Shown here: piece after piece, positions 1-8,216 of the stretch
Layout: each line of letters opens with the position of its first letter
How positions within the stretch are numbered: position 1 is the stretch's first letter
From: Candidatus Saccharimonadota bacterium
Lineage (GTDB): Bacteria; Pseudomonadota; Alphaproteobacteria; CAJXXZ01; 1604HC
Direction: 5' to 3'
DNA: 32,000 nt
Assembly (NCBI RefSeq): GCF_008189525.1
Contig: NZ_CP043314.1
Location: 30,001-62,000 of the forward strand
Position numbers and translations under genes: made by a program
The notes under the pieces: model-generated
The model's database searches: none
The model's input: only the letters and a program-made list of their open reading frames with translations
What the model was told of the DNA's origin: nothing

Positions 1-860
1 TGATTCTTTTGGAAAAAGTCACATATCTGAGCATCTAAACCATCTTCATGATATTGATTTACTACTTCATACAGAGATTTCTGAGTCCAAGCTCCGAAAA
101 TATTAGATTCATCTACGTTAGCAAACATGGAAATCTTCTTTTTCCAATCACTGTTCGTATTTCTTTCTGATCTACAAATAATCATGTCAGGTTGTATTCC
201 TGATCTTTGCAGCTCTCTAACAGAGTGTTGTACAGGCTTTGTCTTTAGTTCATTTGCGCTTTCTATATAAGGCATTAGCGCTAGGTGTATAAAAAGTGAA
301 TTTCTATCATTTTTTTGCCCTTTTTGGTTTTGTAATCCTGCTTGTTTTTTTATTGCCTCTAGAAACGGAAGGCCTTCTATGTCCCCTACTGTTCCTCCTA
401 TTTCACAAATCAGAAAATCTGTACCTTCAGGAATGTTTGAATTTATTATTTCAGATATTTTTTCAGTTATATGAGGAATTATTTGTACTGTCTTTCCTAA
501 ATAGTCCCCTCTTCTTTCAGCGGTTATGACTTCAGAGAAAATTCTTCCAGATGTTATGTAATCATGCTTGTTGCACTTTACGTTTGCAAATCTTTCATAA
601 TTACCTATATCCATATCAGTTTCTGTTCCATCTTCTGTTACAAAAACTTCTCCATGCTGTTCAGGACTTAAAGTTCCTGCATCTACATTTAAGTAAGGTT
701 CTAATTTTCTAAGACAAACATTATATCCTCTGGATTTTAACAATAGTGCTATTGAAGAAGCTGTGATTCCTTTTCCTAATGAGGACATCACACCTCCTGT
801 TATAAATATTGTGCTTACTTTGGATTGATTCTTTTTATTATTCTTATTTAGTTCTGTCAT
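1..860 (-). CDS. pyrG: CTP synthase, N-terminal part (gene continues past the window start)
   Basis: Manual minus-strand translation from the ATG at 858-860 gives MTELNKNNKKNQSKVSTIFITGGVMSSLGKGITASSIALLLKSRGYNV...LEPYLNVDAGTLSPEQHGEVFVTEDGTETDMDIGNYERF...GGTVGDIEGLPFLEA. These are the canonical PyrG synthetase-domain motifs. The frame stays open to position 1. Confidence 0.92.
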   Translation of the reverse strand, partial: MTELNKNNKKNQSKVSTIFITGGVMSSLGKGITASSIALLLKSRGYNVCLRKLEPYLNVDAGTLSPEQHGEVFVTEDGTETDMDIGNYERFANVKCNKHDYITSGRIFSEVITAERRGDYLGKTVQIIPHITEKISEIINSNIPEGTDFLICEIGGTVGDIEGLPFLEAIKKQAGLQNQKGQKNDRNSLFIHLALMPYIESANELKTKPVQHSVRELQRSGIQPDMIICRSERNTNSDWKKKISMFANVDESNIFGAWTQKSLYEVVNQYHEDGLDAQICDFFQKN

Positions 861-862
861 GT

Positions 863-1531
863 TTACGCCTTCTTATTTATATTAGATTTCCTGGTTATAT
901 TAGAATTATATTTCTTGTTTGGGCCTAAGGGCTTTAAGCTTACATTTCTTGTAGATTTTGCTAAATTATTCCTTTTTACAGGGTTTGTTCTAATTGACTT
1001 AGAGTTAGGAAGTTTATAGCTTATATTATTTTGGTTTCTTAGGTTTTTTGAATTTTCTGTTTCTGTAGGATTATTTAATTTGATAGTTTTTTGTTCATTG
1101 TTAATAGTGTTTCTATTTTTATTAATACCATCATCAATTAATGTGCCTTGATTATTAGGAGTATTTCCATCATAAGCTCCATTAATAGATTTCTGATCAT
1201 TATGGATTGGATTAGATGAGCTATCTGTATTCTTTTGTGCATTTTGTACATTAGATAGATTTCTAAGCTCAGATATATTCTGCTTGCTTTCTCTTTTTAC
1301 AAGAATTCCTGTGTATAAACAGAAAAAAACAAACATTGTAGCAAAGAAATAAGTAGCTTTTTCTGCTGGGTTTAATTTGTATCTTTTTTTTGGTCCTATG
1401 TTTTGCCCTATTCTTTCTTCTGGGTTTTGCAGAAAAATAACTAAAGACATTAAAATTACTGCCAAAAGGCTAAAAAACCATGAAATATATAACATAAGAT
1501 TTATTCTATTGAAAATTTTCTTCTTTATCAA
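863..1531 (-). CDS. secG: SecG-like preprotein translocase subunit with a ~140-aa Asn-rich C-terminal tail
   Basis: Two N-terminal TM helices in SecG layout: LMLYISWFFSLLAVILMSLVIFLQ, a loop, then KATYFFATMFVFFCLYTGIL (compare E. coli RMTALLATLFFIISLVLGNI). It lies immediately upstream of pyrG, which I recall as common synteny in alphaproteobacteria. The track start is TTG at 1531; the ATG at 1495 (MLYISW...) is an alternative. The tail is low complexity. Confidence 0.5.
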   Translation of the reverse strand: MIKKKIFNRINLMLYISWFFSLLAVILMSLVIFLQNPEERIGQNIGPKKRYKLNPAEKATYFFATMFVFFCLYTGILVKRESKQNISELRNLSNVQNAQKNTDSSSNPIHNDQKSINGAYDGNTPNNQGTLIDDGINKNRNTINNEQKTIKLNNPTETENSKNLRNQNNISYKLPNSKSIRTNPVKRNNLAKSTRNVSLKPLGPNKKYNSNITRKSNINKKA

Positions 1532-1622
1532 TCGAAATTGACTTCTTAATTTAATGAATTACAAATTGAGTTTAGAAAAGTTTTCCTGGAAACTTCATTG
1601 ATTATGAATTAGAATAATAAGC

Positions 1623-2042
1623 ATGTGTATATTTTGCGTGTTTTGGTTCTTACCATTTCTAACTAATGCTAATTTATTTGTTTTCTTTGCTCTTGCTGGG
1701 TTGTTTGTAATTTCTTTATTTAAGCCAAAGGTTTTGCCTATTTTCGTCGGCGCTACGTTATTTACCTTTTTGTTTAAAATAACATATGCTAATCCCTATT
1801 CTTTGCTAGTTACAATTCCTGTAATTGCTTTATTTCATAAGAATATGAAAAAAATATATTATAAGATGTTTGTAGAAAAAACTTGCTCAAGTACAAGTAA
1901 CGTATTCTTTTCTTCATCTATTGTGTTTGTGATAGCAATGTTCGTAGGCCATGGATTGTTCTACTTTATTCCAGTCAACCCTTACATTAAATTCTTGATA
2001 ATGAGCTTAGTATCATTCTTTGGGTACAAATATTTACACTGA
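1623..2042 (+). CDS. hypothetical polytopic membrane protein (about 4 predicted TM helices)
   Basis: A 139-aa ORF is long for AT-rich DNA, where stop codons are frequent. It has several hydrophobic stretches (FLPFLTNANLFVFFALAGLFVISLF, LPIFVGATLFTFLF, SLLVTIPVIALF, IVFVIAMFVGHGLFYFI, FLIMSLVSFFGY). I recognise no family and see no clear SD. Confidence 0.4.
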   Translation: MCIFCVFWFLPFLTNANLFVFFALAGLFVISLFKPKVLPIFVGATLFTFLFKITYANPYSLLVTIPVIALFHKNMKKIYYKMFVEKTCSSTSNVFFSSSIVFVIAMFVGHGLFYFIPVNPYIKFLIMSLVSFFGYKYLH

Positions 2043-2172
2043 AATTCTTTCTGTGTATTTGCTTTTTTAATATCTTATAATTCCCGTATTTCATGTGAGA
2101 AATTTGAATGAATGTGAATTAATAAGCTAAATAACTAAGTTGTATGTATTGGTTGTGATTTTGTTATTTTCC

Positions 2173-2203
2173 ATTTAAGTTTGTATTTAAGTTTGTATTT
2201 AAG
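2173..2203. repeat. 12-bp tandem repeat (atttaagtttgt), about 2.6 copies, ending 1 nt before the SD of the DUF4280 gene
   Basis: Read directly: atttaagtttgt at 2173-2184, again at 2185-2196, and atttaag at 2197-2203. AGGAG follows at 2205-2209. Confidence 0.8.
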
Positions 2204-2209
2204 CAGGAG

Positions 2210-2602
2210 ATGAAAATGATATCTGTTACTAGTTCAGGGTGTATGAGTTGTACAATGGGACTTATTCCTTCTATGTTGGGCGTTTTGCCAATAAATAGGG
2301 TTATGACTGACTCTAAAATTCAATCTAATATTATGGACCATATGCCTTTGGTAAATGTTATGTCTTTTGGTATGTGTAAAACTCCTACTAACCCTGCAGT
2401 TGCTGCAGTTATAATTGCTAGCTTAGGAAGTGTTACACAAGCACCATGTATTCCAATGACTATGTCCCCATGGATGCCAGGATCACCAACAGTGCTTGTC
2501 GGTGGAAAGCCTGCTGTTTCTAAGGATTGTAAGTTAATGTGTGCTTACGGTGGGATGATTAGTATAACTAGCCCTGGTCAATTCACAGCTAAGATTCCTT
2601 AA
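2210..2602 (+). CDS. DUF4280 / PAAR-like protein (putative T6SS spike-tip protein), stand-alone with no effector extension
   Basis: A small protein of about 130 aa with six Cys (positions 11, 14, 56, 80, 107, 111). Motifs match the DUF4280 pattern: CMSCTMG, MPLVNVMSFGMCKT, APCIP, W.PGSPTVLVGGKPA, DCKLMCAYGGMISI. AGGAG at 2205-2209 abuts the ATG at 2210, so the ATG at 2216 (MISVT...) is the more likely start. Confidence 0.75.
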   Translation: MKMISVTSSGCMSCTMGLIPSMLGVLPINRVMTDSKIQSNIMDHMPLVNVMSFGMCKTPTNPAVAAVIIASLGSVTQAPCIPMTMSPWMPGSPTVLVGGKPAVSKDCKLMCAYGGMISITSPGQFTAKIP

Positions 2603-2720
2603 AAATGCTTATTGAATTTTAGCTGTATGACTATGGAATCTATACACTTGATTGGTTAAATGATTTATTGTTATCAGTTGTTTTTTCAGGATTGAATGAG
2701 ATTTATGTTTAATATACAAT

Positions 2721-3785
2721 TTGTGTATGTTAATTTCCATTTTTCATGCTTTTTATACTAATATATCGGTTTTCTTAAGCAATTTTTATGTATCTATGAT
2801 CTCTTTTTGTATATTCTTATCTTCTTATTTGTACGCAATTTTATTTATAAGCATACTAGTGATTGCACACGAATTTGGTCATTTTTATGTTGCTTTAAAG
2901 CACGGAGTTAGGGCTAAAGAATTTTCAGTAGGAATGGGATGGAAGCTGTTTTCTACTAGAGATAAAAATGGCACAATATGGACTTTTAGATCTATACCGT
3001 TTGGTGGATATGTCTCTTTTTATGAGACAGATATAAACGGAAAAACAATAGATAACATAAGTTTAATTAGGAGAATTACAGTATACTTAGCAGGTCCAGC
3101 AGCAAATTTGATTGTAGCTTTCCTAGCTTTCAATTTAATGTTTGTTATAAGAGGAATACCTAAAATAAGGTTCACTTACAAAAACACAGAAATTATAAGT
3201 ATTAATAATGAATTACCCAAAGTATCTATAATGAAAATAATGAGAAATTCTTCAGAATATGAGTCTCTGGAAAATAGAAAAGTAGGGTTACAAACTAGTC
3301 AAGGTAACTTAGTAATAGATATTGGGGATTTGAAAAATAATTTGATTTCAAACATATATTATTTTAGGGGTAGTTTTATAAATATAATTCGAGCTTCCTG
3401 GAAGTATCTTGCTGATAGTATACGGTTGAATCTAACTTCTATTTTTGATTTGTTTTCAGGAAAGAAAGTTAATGTTTCAGGGCCTATAGGCATATTGCAT
3501 GCTTCTAAAGGGATAGCTAAATCATTTTCTGGAGCTTTAGAATGGATAGCTATGGTTTCCATAGGATTAGCTATATTTAACCTTATGCCTTTTGTACCAC
3601 TTGATGGGGGTAGAATTGTTCACGACTTGTTGTCTAGATATTTAGGGAAGAAAGCTGCTGCTTTATATGAACGAGCTTGCCTTGTATTATTTTATGCAAT
3701 GATTATTTATGTGTTTTCAAAAGACATAAATAAGATTGTTTCAAGCAAAATTATATCTCATAAGAAAGTCGGATTGTTAAAATGA
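2721..3785 (+). CDS. rseP: RseP-type site-2 zinc metalloprotease (M50 family)
   Basis: It has the HEFGHF (HExxH) motif in the first TM region, the C-terminal NLMPFVPLDGG motif, and the canonical position directly upstream of bamA (ATGA overlap at 3782-3785). The track start is TTG at 2721. The ATG at 2796 (MISFCIFLSSYLYAILFISILVIAHEFGHF) is more typical for the family. Confidence 0.88.
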   Translation: MCMLISIFHAFYTNISVFLSNFYVSMISFCIFLSSYLYAILFISILVIAHEFGHFYVALKHGVRAKEFSVGMGWKLFSTRDKNGTIWTFRSIPFGGYVSFYETDINGKTIDNISLIRRITVYLAGPAANLIVAFLAFNLMFVIRGIPKIRFTYKNTEIISINNELPKVSIMKIMRNSSEYESLENRKVGLQTSQGNLVIDIGDLKNNLISNIYYFRGSFINIIRASWKYLADSIRLNLTSIFDLFSGKKVNVSGPIGILHASKGIAKSFSGALEWIAMVSIGLAIFNLMPFVPLDGGRIVHDLLSRYLGKKAAALYERACLVLFYAMIIYVFSKDINKIVSSKIISHKKVGLLK

Positions 3786-6469
3786 TATTATTTTTATTTT
3801 TGATATGTAATGCATTCTCAGCAGCTAAATCTGTTGATAGTAATTTCAACCCAGATCAAGGAATAGATTCTAAAATAACTCGATCTATACAGGAGATAAG
3901 TAAAGATTTATCAAGTACAGAGAATGTAAGTAAAACTGATTCTGATAAGAAAGTTGACCAGTCTTTGAAGATCCCTGGAAAAGTACAAAACACAAAAAAT
4001 AAGAATAGTCAGTTAAGTGCACAAGATAAACCTAACCTAAGTTCTGAGAAAAGTAATGCAGTTAAATCTAGCCCTAAGATAGAAGTAATAGGAAATGGTA
4101 GGACTGAGAGAGATTTTATAGTAGGAATAGCTAAATCTTTTATAAAGAGTATGGATTTTACAGAAACAAGTAAAATAAAAAATAAGCTTTTGGAAAGTGG
4201 TTATTTTTCTGATGTTATTGTTACAAAAAAGAATAAAAATGTTATTCAAATAAGAGTTGTAGAAAATCCTATTTTAAAATCTATAAAGTATAAAGGGTCC
4301 ATATCTGTTGAAGATTCTATGTGGGAAGTTATTACAGGATTAAGGCCAAAAAGAATTGTTTCTCTAAAAGATATATTAATTGCAAAAGCTAGAATCATTA
4401 GAGAGCTAGAAGCTTTGCCAGATTCAGAATTAGAAGAAATAAAGATAATGCAAAAAACTGATAAGAACAGCATTGATCTTATATTTGATATAAAAACCAG
4501 GCCTAAGAAAACGATAGATTCAATACTGTTTGTAGGAAATAAAAATATTCCATCTGGAGATTTATATGCGAATCTAGAGAAATCTTCATCTCTATTTTTG
4601 TATGTCTTTCCTAGAGCTCATGTAATGGAATCGGAAGAAAAACAGAAAGAGTCCTTAGAAAGGTATGCAAAATCAAAGGGGTATTTCGATTTTAGAGTTA
4701 AGTCTATTGTTTGTGTAGATATAAATAAATCTAGACAAATGACTATCAACCTAGAAGAAGGAAAAAGATACAAAATCAAAAGTGTCGAGTTAAATATGCC
4801 AAATAACTTGAAAAAATATTTTGATATAAAAATAGGTCAATACTATGAAGAATCAGATATTTTCGACAGAAAGAAAAAGGCTAAATGTCATTTGTACGAA
4901 AAACAAGAGTTTAGTAAGGATATAGATGTTAAAACAAGTCAAAGTAATGGAGAAGTAGAAATAAGGTTCTTTTTGACGGAAGAATCCAGTAGAAATGTAG
5001 GTTTGATAAACATATATGGGAATGAAAGAACTTATTCAGAAGTCATTTTAAGAAGAATGAGATTAGAGCCAGGTGATAAGGTTTCAGAAAGAAGTTTTGC
5101 TATTAGTAAGGCTAAAATAGCTTCTTCTGGTTTTTCTGAATTAGCAGATATTGATGTAATGGAATCAGAAGAAAATTTGAGCGATGTAAAGGTTTCTTTT
5201 AAAGAAGCTGATACTGGTAAGATAATGGCATCTTTAGGCCTTGATTTAGGTTCTTATTTTAGTTGGAATGTTGGTTTTGGTTACCAGGATTTAAATATGT
5301 TTGGGCTCGGAAAGAAGTTTAATGGATCATTTGTTATGAAGAAAAATAAAGCATCGTTGAATTTAGATCTTGCAGAATCTTATTATAACTCAGGTCCATT
5401 TACTAAATCTTATCAACTTATGTTTGGTCTTATGGATAGAAATCACTCAAACTATCTACTAGCTAGGAGTAGATCTTCTTTTCCTATAGTTTTTGATTTT
5501 GGTACTAAAGCTGATAAAGGGTCCTTAAATTTCTCTACATTATCAAAAGAACTTTCAGAATCTGGATATTCAGATAAAAATGATGATTTAGAGAAATCTA
5601 AAGACATAGGTTTAGATAAAGATTGGTCAGAATCAGAGGAAGGAATTACATTTAACAAGCCTGGAGCGGAATTTAAGAGGAATTACTCTGTTTCTTTGAA
5701 CAATTTGACTACTGACTTAGGTGTTGGAGGTACATTGGATTATTTTACACTAAAAGATACAGGTGATTTAACAAACACTAAAAGAGGAGTTGGTATTCCT
5801 AGATTTTACGATAAAGATCATAGAAAGTTTGATAAAATTAAATATTCTGTATCTGGACATGCAGATTTTACTTATGGAATCTCTAATGATAATTTTGGAT
5901 TGAAAATACATTCGGCTAATGAGCTTTCTTTGGGGAGCTCTATATTCTTGAAGAGTATTCTATCTGGAAAATTATTTGCTGAATATAATGATTATGGAGT
6001 AGTTTTGTCAGCAAGATGTGGAAAAATATTTCATGGATCTAAATATAGCTGGATTGATAATTTTAAAGCCTCTGAGTCAGGAGTTTCAGGTTTTAAGGAA
6101 TTCGGGCCTAGAGAATTAATCTCTTATAGTACTTTAGGTGGAACTGAAATGTTTTCTTTTAAAGGAGAGGTGTTTGGTCCTTTGTTAGCTAAAAAGATAT
6201 TTGAAATAAGCTGGTTTTCATTCTTTAGTATTGGCTCTTTATGTGAATCTTCTATAAAAGAAAAGTTAATTCCTAATGACCTTGCTAAGAAAAGGAGATG
6301 GGGAAATGTTGCAGATATAGTGAACAATAAGAGATCTTTAGTTTCTTCTGTTGGTACTGGTCTTATTGTGAAATTCGGTAGATCTAAAGTTAGGTTCAGT
6401 ATTAATTATCCAGTATTAGGACGTGATTCTTCTTTTAATGCAATAGAGAGTTTTAGTTTGAATCTATAG
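3782..6469 (+). CDS. bamA: outer membrane protein assembly factor BamA (Omp85 family) with a low-complexity N-terminal extension
   Basis: 895 aa with a signal-like N-terminus (MILFLFLICNAFSA). A POTRA-like region starts near IEVIGNGRTERDFIV, and the C-terminal part is beta-barrel-like, ending SFNAIESFSLNL. Position is rseP-bamA-skp. Confidence 0.85.
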   Translation: MILFLFLICNAFSAAKSVDSNFNPDQGIDSKITRSIQEISKDLSSTENVSKTDSDKKVDQSLKIPGKVQNTKNKNSQLSAQDKPNLSSEKSNAVKSSPKIEVIGNGRTERDFIVGIAKSFIKSMDFTETSKIKNKLLESGYFSDVIVTKKNKNVIQIRVVENPILKSIKYKGSISVEDSMWEVITGLRPKRIVSLKDILIAKARIIRELEALPDSELEEIKIMQKTDKNSIDLIFDIKTRPKKTIDSILFVGNKNIPSGDLYANLEKSSSLFLYVFPRAHVMESEEKQKESLERYAKSKGYFDFRVKSIVCVDINKSRQMTINLEEGKRYKIKSVELNMPNNLKKYFDIKIGQYYEESDIFDRKKKAKCHLYEKQEFSKDIDVKTSQSNGEVEIRFFLTEESSRNVGLINIYGNERTYSEVILRRMRLEPGDKVSERSFAISKAKIASSGFSELADIDVMESEENLSDVKVSFKEADTGKIMASLGLDLGSYFSWNVGFGYQDLNMFGLGKKFNGSFVMKKNKASLNLDLAESYYNSGPFTKSYQLMFGLMDRNHSNYLLARSRSSFPIVFDFGTKADKGSLNFSTLSKELSESGYSDKNDDLEKSKDIGLDKDWSESEEGITFNKPGAEFKRNYSVSLNNLTTDLGVGGTLDYFTLKDTGDLTNTKRGVGIPRFYDKDHRKFDKIKYSVSGHADFTYGISNDNFGLKIHSANELSLGSSIFLKSILSGKLFAEYNDYGVVLSARCGKIFHGSKYSWIDNFKASESGVSGFKEFGPRELISYSTLGGTEMFSFKGEVFGPLLAKKIFEISWFSFFSIGSLCESSIKEKLIPNDLAKKRRWGNVADIVNNKRSLVSSVGTGLIVKFGRSKVRFSINYPVLGRDSSFNAIESFSLNL

Positions 6470-6576
6470 TTTCTTTTTTATGATATTTCTATTTTGAAGT
6501 ATTTTTCTTTATTATTGTAAGAGACCTTTTATTCGGAGGTTATTTGATTTAATATTTCTAGATAGGAAGGTAATAT

Positions 6577-7083
6577 ATGTTTACATCTAGAATATTGTCT
6601 GTTTTTTTAATGGCATTATGTATGCTTGGTTTTGAAATGAATGCTGAGGCTGATAAAGCTAAGTTTGCTTTTATTGATACCGTGCAAATTGCTTCTAAAA
6701 GTAATAAAATCAAAAACAAAATCGAAAAAACAAATGAAATGAAAAAATCCATCGAGAAAGAATTTAAAGGAAAATTAAAAACCTTACAAGACGAAATGGA
6801 AAAATACAATTCTTTCAAGAAGTCTGACCCATCTAAAGCAGAAGTTCTTGCTAAATCCATTGAAAAGAAGAGACAAGCTTTAGCAGAAGAGTACAGTAAA
6901 GCTCAAGAAACATTTAAGAAACAGCAATATGCAGATTTAACTGAGATCACTAAATCTATTGAAAATGCATCTGCTGCAATTTCTAAGAAACATGGAGTTG
7001 TTATAATTGATAGCAGCGTTATATTATCTGGAAAAGGTTTGCTAAAAGATTTAACTGAAGAAACATCTAAGTTGATTGGTTAA
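6577..7083 (+). CDS. skp: OmpH/Skp-family periplasmic chaperone
   Basis: 168 aa with a signal peptide (MFTSRILSVFLMALCMLGFEMNAEA) and a Lys/Glu-rich coiled-coil body. It sits directly after bamA. GGAAGG SD at 6564-6569. Confidence 0.8.
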   Translation: MFTSRILSVFLMALCMLGFEMNAEADKAKFAFIDTVQIASKSNKIKNKIEKTNEMKKSIEKEFKGKLKTLQDEMEKYNSFKKSDPSKAEVLAKSIEKKRQALAEEYSKAQETFKKQQYADLTEITKSIENASAAISKKHGVVIIDSSVILSGKGLLKDLTEETSKLIG

Positions 7084-7130
7084 TTCTTTAATTTGATTTG
7101 GTGAATTATTATAGAGGCTTTTGTTTATTT

Positions 7131-7157
7131 GCATAGATTTCATCTATGCTTATATTT
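7131..7157 (+). terminator. putative intrinsic terminator after skp
   Basis: Perfect 8-bp stem gcatagat (7131-7138) pairs with atctatgc (7142-7149) around loop ttc, followed by the T-rich ttatattt. The stem is AT-rich, so its stability is modest. Confidence 0.35.
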
Positions 7158-7338
7158 CGTTAGTTTTTATTTTTGTGTTTATAAAGCGTGCTATTAAAAT
7201 AAATTCAATTCAAATCACATACGGATCCAATATGAATCACAATAACGTTAGGAAAGTTTTTAAGGAATTCCTTATTTTAATTGATGTTTATCGTTTCTAA
7301 TTTTTTTGTTAAGTGTTAGGTTTAAGGTATTTTAAGAA

Positions 7339-7836
7339 ATGTGTAATGTTGAAGTAAAAAAAGTAAGTTTAGGGGTTAAAGACATATTTGAGCTTATTCC
7401 ACATAGATTTCCATTTTTATTAGTTGACAAAGTTTCCGAGATTGCGGAACTTGAATCTGCAAAAGGAATAAAAGCATTTAGTTATAATGAATATTTTTTC
7501 CAGGGTCATTTTCCAGAATCTCCAGTTGTTCCTGGAGTATTATTAGTAGAGAGCTTGGCACAGCTTGCAGTTTGCTGTGTGTCTTATTCTTTGAAGTACT
7601 TTAAGCAAATGCAATTTGAGAGTGTTGCTTTGATGACAGTAGATTCTGCTAAATTCAGAGTTGCAGTTGTTCCAGGAGATCTGGTGAATATGTCAGTTCG
7701 TAAAGTTAATGAAAAAATGTTGTCTAATAAAGATGGAAAAATTACTACAGTTTATACTTTTTCTGGATATGGTTTAGTTGGTGATAAAAAAGCTTTCGAA
7801 GCATCTTTTAAGGCAATTGCTGTTTTTTTTAAATAG
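7339..7836 (+). CDS. fabZ: 3-hydroxyacyl-ACP dehydratase FabZ
   Basis: IPHRFPFLLVDKV...GHFPESPVVPGVLLVESLAQL is the FabZ hot-dog active-site signature. Length is 165 aa. Confidence 0.92.
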   Translation: MCNVEVKKVSLGVKDIFELIPHRFPFLLVDKVSEIAELESAKGIKAFSYNEYFFQGHFPESPVVPGVLLVESLAQLAVCCVSYSLKYFKQMQFESVALMTVDSAKFRVAVVPGDLVNMSVRKVNEKMLSNKDGKITTVYTFSGYGLVGDKKAFEASFKAIAVFFK

Positions 7837-8216
7837 TATTCTAGCTTCTCTAATTGCATGTTTTGTATGTATTCTAGATATGTATTCTAAATGCGTTCTT
7901 ATTAAATTTCTTTCAAATATAGAAAATATTAATCATTATTAAAGATATATTCCTAGCAAATATGAATGGCTTTGTATTAATGAAATTGAGAAATGATACA
8001 AGTATATTGATTTAATAGATACTCTTTAATTCTGCATTAAGAGCTGTTTTCTCAAACATGCTGCTCTCGAGGATTATAACTTAAATTATATACGGCTGCA
8101 TTAGGCTATTAAAAAGATATTTACAGTAAATATAAGAGTTTATGTAGTCTAGAAATAGTATTTACAGAAACAGGTTTTATAGAAACAAGTTTTAGTGCAA
8201 ATATGCTAAATGTAAA

